From the NCBI GenBank assembly GCA_002811645.1, contig PDIP01000092.1, forward strand, positions 1-56,718: DNA of 56,718 nucleotides, in the 5' to 3' direction. This document shows positions 11,762 to 22,500 of the stretch, piece by piece (positions within the stretch are counted from its first letter, which is position 1; every line of letters begins with the position of its first letter). The notes beneath the pieces were generated by a model. It ran no database searches. It saw only the letters and a program-made list of their open reading frames with translations, and had not been told where the DNA came from. The position numbers and the translations under genes were made by a program. This DNA is from Corallochytrium limacisporum Hawaii. Lineage: Eukaryota; Protista; Pluriformea.

Positions 11762-12913
11762 ATGACTACAGAAGAGAACAAGGTCCAGAAGACCGTGTTC
11801 CTCGCGTGTGCTAGCGTGGTCACGAGTGTGGGTATCATCTTGGTCAACAAAGCAGTGATCTCTACTCTGGAATTTCGGTACATATTTTCATTGACTGCCG
11901 TCCACTACGCCAGTACGTGTGCTTTTACGTATGGAATAGCCCATTTCAAAGTCTTTGACGGAACTGTGGGCCTGCCAGAGCGAGACCGTTGGACAATGGC
12001 TGCCATGGGTACAGCTTCGATTGCCTTCATGAACCTAAACCTGCAGTACAATTCTTTGGGGGTTTACCAGATGTCCAAATTGCTCTGCATTCCGGTCATT
12101 GTTGCCATCACCTACCTCCGGACGAAACAGCTTCCGTCGAAGCGGCTTCTTTGGAGTCTGGCGGTACTACTGACCGGAGTTGGCATTGCCACCGTTTCTG
12201 ATGTGAGCTTAAACGCAGTGGGAACTATATTCAGCGCCGCCGCCGTTGCTTCTACTGCACAGATACAGATCTGGCAGGGAAGCAAGCAGAAAGAGCACGG
12301 GCTGGATGCACTACAAATCACAAAGAGCGTTGTGGGACCAATGACATTGATGTTTGCAACTGGAGCACTTCTCTTTGACACGCGCCCTGGACTTGGGCAT
12401 GATAAGAGGATCCAAGACTACGAATTCAATATGGAGACAGTGGTCCTGATTATCAGTAGCTGTGTGCTAGCTATTGCAGTCAACCTCGTTGCGTTTGCTC
12501 TGATCGGTGCGACCTCTGCCGTCACCTACCAAGTGGTAGGTCACGCTAAGACGATTCTCACACTTCTTGGCGGCTTCATTCTCTTCCCCGTTGCAGATGG
12601 CAGTCAGTCTACGTTGGCAATTATGGTGCAGGTGATTGGCATGGCGTTAGCGGTCGTTGGCATAGTTTTCTACACACGGATCAAGACCGAAGAGGCACAA
12701 GCATCAGCGCAGGCACTGCCAGCAAATGGAACAGCGCACAAGATGAAAGATATGACCCATGTCACTGTTCACAGTGAAAAGTCCGTAGATTTCTCCGATA
12801 GCAGTGCAAACGAGAACGCTATGGGTGCCAATGGATACGTTGACCATGACCTCGACGACGAGAATGATGGGAATGAGACAAGGCAGCTCTTGGATGCCGG
12901 TGAGGCCGGATAA
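11762..12913 (+). CDS. Nucleotide-sugar transporter, triose-phosphate translocator family (SLC35E3/UXT-like)
   Basis: SVGIILVNK, MNLNLQYNSLGVYQMSKL and IGATSAVTYQVVGHAKT motifs; about 10 TM segments. First ATG at 11762. Confidence 0.9.
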   Translation: MTTEENKVQKTVFLACASVVTSVGIILVNKAVISTLEFRYIFSLTAVHYASTCAFTYGIAHFKVFDGTVGLPERDRWTMAAMGTASIAFMNLNLQYNSLGVYQMSKLLCIPVIVAITYLRTKQLPSKRLLWSLAVLLTGVGIATVSDVSLNAVGTIFSAAAVASTAQIQIWQGSKQKEHGLDALQITKSVVGPMTLMFATGALLFDTRPGLGHDKRIQDYEFNMETVVLIISSCVLAIAVNLVAFALIGATSAVTYQVVGHAKTILTLLGGFILFPVADGSQSTLAIMVQVIGMALAVVGIVFYTRIKTEEAQASAQALPANGTAHKMKDMTHVTVHSEKSVDFSDSSANENAMGANGYVDHDLDDENDGNETRQLLDAGEAG

Positions 12914-15504
12914 ACCCTTCGTTCCATTTATTAATTCGTTCAAAAACTTCATATACAGAAATTTCCGAAGAAAAACCCATGGTTGATTAATTCGTACAAG
13001 TGTATGGTTAAATAATTAGGTGTTCAGTTTCTGTCACCCACCGGGGAGCTTCTTCATATCTGAAACCAACACCCAACGTGCCAGGACCAGTGTGGCCTCC
13101 CCCCCCCTGGTTAGGGGAGAGGGGGTGTTCCTCTATGCGTCTAACACGCGTACTTAAACATAGGGGAGACATCCTTCTCGTTTGCCTACATGGAACCATA
13201 AAAATGACAGTGTCCCGTTTGCAGGTTACCATTACGGATCCAGCTTAAATATGTGCATACGTACTGGCTGGCCCACGAAGGCGGAGTATGTCACTGTGAG
13301 AAAACCAAGAAGAAAGGAGGAGGGGGGGGCAAGTATCGCAGACCCTTGGAAAACGGATTGAAAAATGATCATAGCGAACCATTTTGTCAGTAATCTGATA
13401 GTGCGGACAAGGGTTGCACGAATGGTAGGTGTTGCGTGTCTACCCTCAGGGTTTCCAGCGTAAGCGTTTAAAACATTTATCCGTGGCAGTCCCAATTCCT
13501 GCCGTTTTGGGATAGTCGGTCGCTCAGCTTGGCACAAACGGAAGTCACGGGTGCCCACGGTTTACAAACTTGGAAATGTTTCATGTGTATAGTAAATGTA
13601 CGTAGATTCCTTTGCGAAACGTGGCGATTTTGTGAGGGGAAGGGAACGTTGGAGTTCGGGTGTCTCTTGCATGACGCCGCAAGATACTCAGAACAACATT
13701 GGCTTTAATGGTGTGATTGTAGACAACGTTGCTCTTATATTATCTATGAATAATAGGAAATTATACGCGGGTCAAGCTTCAACTGACGTAGGATCTCGAA
13801 TTTCCCATAGTATTTTTCGCAATTTTTTGTTGCGGATAATTTTACATACTGTCAGTTTAAATATAATATTTTCTATCCCTATATATATATTTATATATCC
13901 GAATATGTTACTTTGAATCTTTTTATATCCTGACTTTTTATAATCATAGTCCCTGTAAAAACTCTTTCTCATCTCCCCCACCCCAACAAAGACGAGAGAG
14001 TCTTCCGATCGGTCCGGTCCGCCTCGGTATGACAAATGCCCTCAGTGGCGTGTCCATGACCGTCATCCACTGTTTCAGTATGGCCGAGGTCCTTTTCCGC
14101 AACTTTTTCTCAGGGCCAATGTTTCCATTGAAGGCGTCAAGAAAATTGTGCAGATGATGTTTTCATCGTCATCGTCTCCCGTCCGGACCTGTGCCTCACC
14201 ATAGGACACGTCTGCCAACTTTACAGCTCCGGAAGTGGTATAAAACATACCTTCAATGTTGCAGAGTTTTTGTTTCTTATTCGGTATCGATCCGGAAAGC
14301 CTTAGGAAGCCCATCATCACGACAGCCATCTGTGCCGCGATCAAGTGCCTCAGCGACAGTGGCAAAGATCGATTGCTCGTAGGCACAAAGTGCAAAGGCA
14401 CAGTGTCTATTATTATGCCTGCCGTACGTTGTTAGTCCGTTACCACACGCGAAGCTACCATGTCGTGGTGTGCACTTGCCTGCAAATCTTGCGATCTGTC
14501 ATTCCGGGGGCACGGTACGGGCACGGGTGTGAGCGGGGTTGGGCGAGGGACCGGTGGAGCGGTGGGTTTTCAGAACCAGCCAGGGCGAAGGGGGGGGAGG
14601 GGGGATGATTTCAATGGCTTCTTCTTCGCAAATCTTACCCTCACTCTCTCGCGTTCTCCCCCTTTGTTCCGCCTTTGGTGTGTACCACGGAGCTGAAAAT
14701 TTGTCACGGGGAAGTATAAAATAGAACCAATCGAGCCAGGGGGCGGTGAGGAAGGCAGCCTTCCCACCCGCTTCGCAGGGGAGGGAGAACTGGGAAAAGT
14801 GCACGACCGGGGAGGTTGAAGGCTGGAGAGCCGAGTGTGTGCAGGTAGGGAAAACGGGAGAGAAGTACGGAGGGTGCGAAGGAGAGGAGGAGGGACGGGA
14901 ACGAATGCTCTGCGAGTGTGCGGGTTTTGGACGGAGGGTGGGGTCTCAAGGGCGGGAGGCCGCCCTGCGGTTCGGACCGGGAGGCCACGGGGCTAACGCA
15001 TTGCATTGCCGAAATTGCATTGCCGAGCCCCCTTTGACGGCTTTGAGTGTTCGTCTTCACTATATATTCTTCCCTGACTGTTCAGCTGTTCAGCTGTGTT
15101 AATGATCAGTGTCCTGTTCGTGTCAGGGTTAACTCACCGTCCCTATTTCAATGAACGATGGAACAATCCCTACCGGTCCGAATGACAATTGTGTTTGTAT
15201 GGGCAGGAGAATAAATGACCAGAAGGTTCCTTTTGGATCGGTATCTCATGTAGAAATCAATGTTTTAACTTTACTGTTCAAGAAAGCGAAGCTCGTGTGA
15301 GTTAGATTATCCGTTTGATGTCTAAGAAAGAACCGCAGTGAACACTAGGCTGTGAATAGCAAAGGGAATAGATTCACACTGTATAGTCTGCGAAAGATAT
15401 TAAAGATGGCTCTGTAGCTAGCAAGTCCAGTTTTAGACAAGACAAGAGGAGCAGCACATTTAAAAAGTGTGGTAAAACTACAAAGTAGAGGAGACGGGCA
15501 AGCT

Positions 15505-16659
15505 ATGGTGCATAGAGGGATCACTGTGGGCATCCTACTTACCCTTGCCAGTGCGACCGGTGCTTTGGCGTCTCCGACGTTGTCGGAATCGCCAGACTTA
15601 GGGCCACCATCCATGAATTTCGTCAACTTTGCGGGTAAAGAGTACATTGCTTACGACTCAGACGGTGGACTTCACGGTCAGGGCCAAGATAACAAAGACA
15701 ACCCTAAACACATGGAGAACTCGAACACAACGATACCCTCGGGCGGTGACCTTGACGGCAACACGGGAAATACCACGGCCAGCAACGACAACGACTCTCT
15801 GTCTCCCGGAGCCATTGTTGGTGTGTGTGTGGCTGCGGGTGTTGTAGCACTGGGCGCTGCAGCTGCCGGGGTTTTCTGGGCTCGCAAGCGCGCTATGAAA
15901 CGCAGAAAGGCAGCGCTGGAAGCGGCCGCAGCAGCGGAGGCCGGGATGGCTCCTGGTGCAGATAAACTCATGTTTCCCATTCCGACTACTGTGACCACAG
16001 AAGATGATGACGGCCACTATGCGGTACCCACCGCGGTCATGCTGACGGGTGCAAAGGATTCAGTTGGCACCGGCACTGCTGGCGATGCCGGGGCCACTGG
16101 TGGTGGTGTGTACTATGCCATACCCAAGAGTGGTGGACTATACATTAATGGCGCAAGATTGAATCGAAATGACAATCAGTATGATGATCTGCGTGTCCCG
16201 GACCCAACTTACCAGGTCGGATCCAACCATGCTACACCTTTGGTCGTGGCCTGGCTAAAAGAAAATCGTCGGGACAAGAGTCCTGGCCACGACCATTCTG
16301 CTGCCCTGTCCACGTCGCTGGACGACGATGACAATGACGAGGGCACTTACGCTACAGTACCACCAGCTCCAGGTGCTGCCGGTACTGGAGGAATGATCGG
16401 TAGCAACGGAGTAAAGAAAGGCAACGAGGGCAATGGCTTTTGCACACCCGAACCGCACTATGACAACATTGATTCGTTCAGCCTTAATGAGGACGACAGT
16501 CATCATCTCACCCCCAATGGAGATGAAGACCAGCGCACCAGTACGGGTTCGGATGCTGGGTACGATAGCGCTGATGATGATGAAATTGACGATGCAACAT
16601 ATGATACGATCCAGCGTATAACACCACCACGGCCACAGGAACCACGAGATCATCCGTAA
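15505..16659 (+). CDS. Single-pass type I membrane adaptor with a multi-tyrosine cytoplasmic tail
   Basis: Signal peptide MVHRGITVGILLTLASATGALA, short ectodomain, TM GAIVGVCVAAGVVALGAAAAGVFW followed by RKRAMKRRK, disordered tail with many acidic-context Tyr motifs. Confidence 0.8.
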   Translation: MVHRGITVGILLTLASATGALASPTLSESPDLGPPSMNFVNFAGKEYIAYDSDGGLHGQGQDNKDNPKHMENSNTTIPSGGDLDGNTGNTTASNDNDSLSPGAIVGVCVAAGVVALGAAAAGVFWARKRAMKRRKAALEAAAAAEAGMAPGADKLMFPIPTTVTTEDDDGHYAVPTAVMLTGAKDSVGTGTAGDAGATGGGVYYAIPKSGGLYINGARLNRNDNQYDDLRVPDPTYQVGSNHATPLVVAWLKENRRDKSPGHDHSAALSTSLDDDDNDEGTYATVPPAPGAAGTGGMIGSNGVKKGNEGNGFCTPEPHYDNIDSFSLNEDDSHHLTPNGDEDQRTSTGSDAGYDSADDDEIDDATYDTIQRITPPRPQEPRDHP

Positions 16660-17883
16660 GAACTTCCAATGCTACCGAAGCCGGTGCCAGTGAATGCATA
16701 TTTTTTTTGACAAGTGTCATATTAATTTCTGCAACAATACACAGATCAATCTTACTGTCTCATGGTCTGAGAATTGTAACCATGCTTCTTTATCGTTGTT
16801 GTTGTGGCCTTGAAAGTTGTGTTCATGCGAACCCAAGGACACTGACGCGCTTCCTGCGCACACTCATTGTCGCCATATGGGCTGTAGCTGGGTTGCCACC
16901 AGTGTGAGCGAGTGGCAGCATTGCGAGTTCTGCAGTAAATCCATGCCGTTGTCGATCTCCTTGGATGAGCGGCTGGGACCCAGAGACTGCCGGACCTAAG
17001 GTTGTCTGGGTTCGAAGCAAGTACTACTCCCATTACAAGAAACCCACGAAATCCCCAGGCGCACTCGGAGCTCGTGACCAGGGAGGTGGGGGGACCCCGT
17101 ACCGCAACCATGCAACAAGTCCCTTTTTCCTCCTTCTTCAACTTTCCCAATCTCCGGGATCCCAAGGGGGGAGGACAAACTCGATGAGTCTTCCCGGGTT
17201 GGTTTGGTTTCGTATATACATTGAGGTGAATTGAATGTTGAGACTTTCGAGCGGTCTGGGAAGGCCACTTGGGATACCTGCTCCAGTGACGGGGATGGAC
17301 CATTAGGGACGACTTAGCAATATACGAGAATCAAGCGTCCCGCGCATGTGGATGAGCCAGTAGAAGCCGATTGGTTGAGGATGGTAACATGTGGATGATT
17401 GTCTGTATTGGATAAGTTTTCAATTGTGTGCCTCGGCATCTGTGCGGTCCTTCACACAGGCTTTCACGATCTGAAACTAAAACCTTAGCATGTAGTGAAC
17501 TCAATGTAAATGTTTGGAGTCAATTTTCCACACCGAGATAGGATGTCCCTGCGCTGCTTTCTTGTCGTTGTCGCTTCGATGTCCTCCGCGGTTCTGGGAC
17601 ACCCCCATTCGATGGCGCATCGAGTCCCCAGCAGGCTCTTCCAGTAACAGAATACGGGACATTTTTTGGCCGCGCATTTCAACTCTCATTTAAATTTCAC
17701 AAATAGTTGTTCAGTGAGCAGATGAAGCTGCTAGTTAAGTGAACCTCTCATAGTCACAAGCTTGAGTGCAGTTCTCAATCTAGAGCGTCAACTGGCACTC
17801 TACTGGTGCCTGAAATAAGCGACGGAACATGTGGCGCATCCCCGAATCGGAACCTGGAAAGGTAAATTGCGAGGCTCAGCAGG

Positions 17884-20106
17884 ATGGAAGAGATGCCTCA
17901 GAAGAATAATGGGACAACACGCAGTGCTGCCTACAGTTCTGCGGCTTCTGTTTCAAGTAGTAGTAGTAGTAGTAGTAGTGGTAGTAGTGGTAGTCGATTC
18001 ATTACTCTTCTCCTGATGACAGTGGTACCAGTCATAGTTGCCGTAATTGTTGCTCAGCAAAGCGAAGCAAATACATTCCATGGAATCTCGGGCTTCCTCA
18101 GTTGCTGTTTTGAATTCGAGGATAGAAGCCCCCTGAAGGCAATCACGGGGCCAAATGCAGCCTTCTTTGAAGAATTGGATACGTTGATGGATACCTACGA
18201 CTACCGAACGGCGCTGAGGGAGATTGGCCGAGCAGATGTAGTTGATTCCGCTGACTCTTCGCGTTTCACTCCCGATGAATTAGTGTATCTCCATGACACG
18301 GTAATCCTGGCCAAAGCAGGGTACTATGTCAGTGAATTGATCGAAAGACGGCGCATACCAAAGCGTTTGCAAACCCCCGAGGAGGTGCTTGCAGAGGTGC
18401 AATCCCTGATGGATCCTATTCGTGAAGCTTTGCAAAAGGCAGAGAAAGAGAACAGAAAAAGCACCAAAGGAAAGAAATCCATTGGCACCAATAATGGTGA
18501 TGGTGGCGATAACAGAATATTGATTCTACGCAAAGATCGGATCAAGCGACACATTGACATTCCCATCGCTCTCTACTTAGACGAACGTGACCGGGCTGAA
18601 ACGATGATGCAGGGACTCATCTCTAGGTATGGCCATGAAAACTTCAGGGATGTGCTCTCCTACGCAAGTTTTGTGCTTGACGACCAACCCCAAAGTGCTG
18701 GTGAGGTCGTACAGGTACTGACCGATTTGCTGCAGCGCAAGTACGGAAAGAAGCGACGATCTACACAAGCCGTGTCCAGGGATGGTAACAAACATAAGAG
18801 CTCCAAGGAAGTGCGCATGGCTGTAGAAGAGGCTGAATTACATCGTCTAGCGGCAGAAGCTTATAGCTTTTGGCTTGCCCAATACGATCGGGCTCTATGG
18901 CATTATTCGCAGGCCTTCCGTCTACTAAATGACATTGACGGGGTTGCACAAGAGAGCAGCACGGCTGCCATGGTCAGTAACTACATTGCGACACTAGCAG
19001 CAAAGGGACAGAGGGCTGAGGCTTTAGCCGCGTTTGGCATGCTCAGTGAATTCAGCCGGCCATTCAAACCGGACTTTGCTGCTGCGTTTGGATACGATGA
19101 CCGTAGCGACGAAATTGCGGAGGCCCCACACCGCCGTCCTGCCAACCGCGGCGGCAAATTTTCAGACGGTGAGGGTGATCTCGTTCGTGTCTTTGATAAC
19201 GCACAGACACCGACCATCTACGCAGGTATGCTCAATGCTTTTCGCGAAGGATCATCGTTTTGGGAGAAAACACACTATTCAAAGGGCGGCAACGGGGGGG
19301 CTACTGCCTTCTTTGCCCGGCGGCCATTTCCAAAGCATGACGATCCAGCCCGCACTGTCGTGCATCAGATCGTGGAGCAAATGCTTGCGTACATGGAACC
19401 GGAAGTCGCCGACCGCATTGTCGGTGTAGAGTGGTGGGTGCACAAGCGCCCCATGCACCCAGGGATCACTGTCATGCCCGCCCATTCCATGCATTTCGAC
19501 ATGGATGAGGCGACGACTCAGCTCATAGATGAGACCGGGGGCGACCGATACAGCGGAGTCATGCGCAATCCAGTCTGGAGCAGTGTGACGTTTGTAGAAG
19601 GTGACACGGGAGGTGCCACTTTGGTCATGGAATGGGAGTCCAATAAACACCCGGACGCGAATGATTTCCCCACTGGCGCGTACTTGGTGACGCCCAAAGA
19701 CAACCGCTTTATGCTTTTCAGGGGCACTCTACATCACGGTGTTCTACCTGGATTTCCGGATGATCTGGACCCCGTCACGCACCGTCCGAAGGGACAGCGG
19801 ATCACTCTGCTTGTGAATTTTTGGGACTCTCCAGAACCGCTTATGGAAGAGTATATGAAGTCACGGGATGCGGGAGGTGATACCGAGGCGATAAATTCAA
19901 GGGAGAGCACCGAAGCGGATGATTACGAGGCCATGATTACCATTGAACAGGAACGGCAGCGCTTGATGGAGCAACCACCAAACTTGGCCCAGAAAATTCC
20001 TGAACTGCGACCAGTACGTCTGCCTGAGGACCAGAAAACAGCTTTGGAGCACGCTACGACGGATGCGGTGGATATCAAACCATTGTACCATCCACAATGT
20101 ATTTGA
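17884..20106 (+). CDS. Membrane-anchored protein with a TPR-like helical region and a C-terminal 2OG-Fe(II) dioxygenase domain
   Basis: Poly-Ser then TM (FITLLLMTVVPVIVAVIVA); TPR-like QYDRALWHYSQAFRL; EWWVH...HFD...HHGV...RITLLVN facial triad plus the 2OG-binding Arg. Confidence 0.82.
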   Translation: MEEMPQKNNGTTRSAAYSSAASVSSSSSSSSSGSSGSRFITLLLMTVVPVIVAVIVAQQSEANTFHGISGFLSCCFEFEDRSPLKAITGPNAAFFEELDTLMDTYDYRTALREIGRADVVDSADSSRFTPDELVYLHDTVILAKAGYYVSELIERRRIPKRLQTPEEVLAEVQSLMDPIREALQKAEKENRKSTKGKKSIGTNNGDGGDNRILILRKDRIKRHIDIPIALYLDERDRAETMMQGLISRYGHENFRDVLSYASFVLDDQPQSAGEVVQVLTDLLQRKYGKKRRSTQAVSRDGNKHKSSKEVRMAVEEAELHRLAAEAYSFWLAQYDRALWHYSQAFRLLNDIDGVAQESSTAAMVSNYIATLAAKGQRAEALAAFGMLSEFSRPFKPDFAAAFGYDDRSDEIAEAPHRRPANRGGKFSDGEGDLVRVFDNAQTPTIYAGMLNAFREGSSFWEKTHYSKGGNGGATAFFARRPFPKHDDPARTVVHQIVEQMLAYMEPEVADRIVGVEWWVHKRPMHPGITVMPAHSMHFDMDEATTQLIDETGGDRYSGVMRNPVWSSVTFVEGDTGGATLVMEWESNKHPDANDFPTGAYLVTPKDNRFMLFRGTLHHGVLPGFPDDLDPVTHRPKGQRITLLVNFWDSPEPLMEEYMKSRDAGGDTEAINSRESTEADDYEAMITIEQERQRLMEQPPNLAQKIPELRPVRLPEDQKTALEHATTDAVDIKPLYHPQCI

Positions 20107-20247
20107 GCACATTTGAAAATTCGAACGAAATCACTTCAAGAGCATATGCGGAGCACTACGAATAAAACATATGTTTCCAATGATAAAAGGCTGGCTTTCT
20201 GTATAGTGAACCAATTTTCTGTTTCCTAGCCTTATCACCTACCTTTG

Positions 20248-20643
20248 CTAGGCAAGGCAGAATCCAGCTATTATCGCGCATGTGATCAGGGAATCACCGA
20301 AGCTCACAGGCCTCAATTTCGCAGGAGCACTCTCTGTTGGTGGCACAAGAGCCACGAAGGTAGCTGCACTGACCACTCCAATCGCAGTTGTGAGACTGCG
20401 AGTGGCCGGAGTGTTATATGCCGCCTGGTAGATCAATGTACAGCCCACAATCGCCAACAGAATGCCCCGGTGCCGCAAAATGGGACCAAGGTGCTGCGAA
20501 GCTGAATCCAATTGACTTTGTGTAGCAGGGATCCCGTAAATTTCACACAGACGGGCTGTGGGACTGATGATGCCAACCAGTCCTGGGACGAGCTTGCCCA
20601 GACCTGCAAGGAAGAAACAGATGCTTGAAGCGACCAATGACAT
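20248..20643 (-). CDS. Small 4-TM membrane protein resembling an uncharacterised bacterial family
   Basis: 131 aa, four hydrophobic segments, P..G.....RL..IYGI and LRHRGILLAIVG motifs recalled from bacterial small membrane proteins. Confidence 0.7.
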   Translation of the reverse strand: MSLVASSICFFLAGLGKLVPGLVGIISPTARLCEIYGIPATQSQLDSASQHLGPILRHRGILLAIVGCTLIYQAAYNTPATRSLTTAIGVVSAATFVALVPPTESAPAKLRPVSFGDSLITCAIIAGFCLA

Positions 20644-22500
20644 AATGCTTTGTTTCCTGCGACTAGCTCTGGCGGCATAAATCTCTTTCCACAGGCCTTT
20701 GAGTGTTCTTGACGGGCTTCTATGAATAAGGAACAGTATCTGTTGCTCTTCAGGGACCTGGTGTGAAAAGCTCGCCTCACCCCGGTGACTAATGCCTTAG
20801 CTGCAGATGCGTAGGGTGCTTTGCGACATCTTGTACGGTCACAAATCGAAAGAGGCCCTAAGAAGAAATCGTGGAAATTCGGTCTGAGCCCACCATTTTG
20901 AAGTGACACGCGACAGCGAAATCTCCTGAAGAGAATAAGTCGCAAATACATTGATTCAAGTGTAATGAGCCGTCGGCAATTCGCAGAGGGAGGAAGCGAG
21001 AAATTAATAGCGGAGGGACGCAAGAATTGGTCCACAGAGCTTGCCAAACTTCCAACAGTATATGCTTGCGTTCTTGGGTCGGTATATATATCAACGCATT
21101 GCATTGAAATAGGTACCAAACATTCAAAGACAAATAAAATCTAGTTGTTGGTAAGTTACAGAAAGTCCAATTAGATATAATTGATACTAAAAGACTGAAT
21201 TCAATTGAAGTTTCAAACAAACGGCGTATTGAATTCTATTTAGCAGTGAAATTTACCATTCAATTCGTTACAGAATGCACCTATGATCAAGAACAGGATT
21301 CCTATGGTTCTGAACTACAGTACAATGCCAACCGTGTATGTAGTTTCAAGGAAGCTTAGCCAAAGCTATGGACAGATGCAATTGATTTCATTCCTGACCT
21401 AACCGGCTTAGTTTTTGGTTAAGCACCTATAGGTTGTGCTTAACTGACTGCTATTCCTGTCTTCTTGTCAATAACGGCGTGTGAGTTGTCTTTGTTCGAA
21501 ACTCTTCAATGTCGATTTGCCAATGTCGATTTGCCCGCGGTATCTGCTGTGCACCTATACGTGCTCGCTCGGCGATTGTTCTCGCATTAGGAAGATTCAA
21601 CTCTCCGGATGGTCGCATATCCTGTGTCGTGTCTCATACACGCAGGCTATAGTTTGTGGGTCAAGGAACAAGGAGGCAAATTCGAGGCTGAACACCGCCA
21701 AGGCACGATTACCACGGAAGCAGATGCACCTTTTCAAGCAGCTCCAAGTTTACTGGTACAAACCATTGGAGGGGGTACGAAGCTAATTCATATAGGGTGG
21801 CTCTTAAAGTTAGCTACAATCGTTAAATCATATGCTCTGATTGTTGAAGTATTTCATAATATTTTAATATATTTCTATGTATGGAAACTTTTTGGTCAGA
21901 AACGCACAAATGAGCTTTTATCTAAGGTTTCTAACGGCATGAACAAGCGGGAATACATCAACAACATGGCTGGCAGGAGTTTGTTTCCCCGCTTGCCAAT
22001 GGCGTTTGAACCGTGTCATCCGAAACACGCCGACGGAAACGACATTCTCCCATGCAAAGCACTGGCATACACGTACCCTTGAGTGTTTTGTCGCTGATCG
22101 CGTGCCCTTGTCTGCTGCACCTTGTTTTATTGGCACACATTGACAGGACAAACCTCCCTGAAGACGGTATCCTTATATGCGGACGCGTAAGATCGCAGAG
22201 GCACAGGAGTACATACAGAAGACAGCAATCAGGACGGGTTCTTGGCTCCATGTCTTCCCCTCTTTCTGCGCTTGCACACCCTTCCACTGAAGAAAGCTCG
22301 ATCGCTGGCTGTGCTAATATGAGGCGCTTCGTCAATGGAGTATCAACATGTACACGAGGAACACAAGAAGGGGAGCTTGAATGAATGCGGACTGTAGTTA
22401 AACTGAGCTATTTTACACTAGTCTATTTCGGATATGGATGGATGATGTAGAAATGGTTAACACACTGCGTACCGAAAACGTATCGCACAGCGGCAAAAAT

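Noticed and set aside
14075-14401. ORF with GAVKLAD resembling kinase subdomain VII
   Set aside because: No DFG, HRD or other kinase motifs; chance or unrecognisable remnant.
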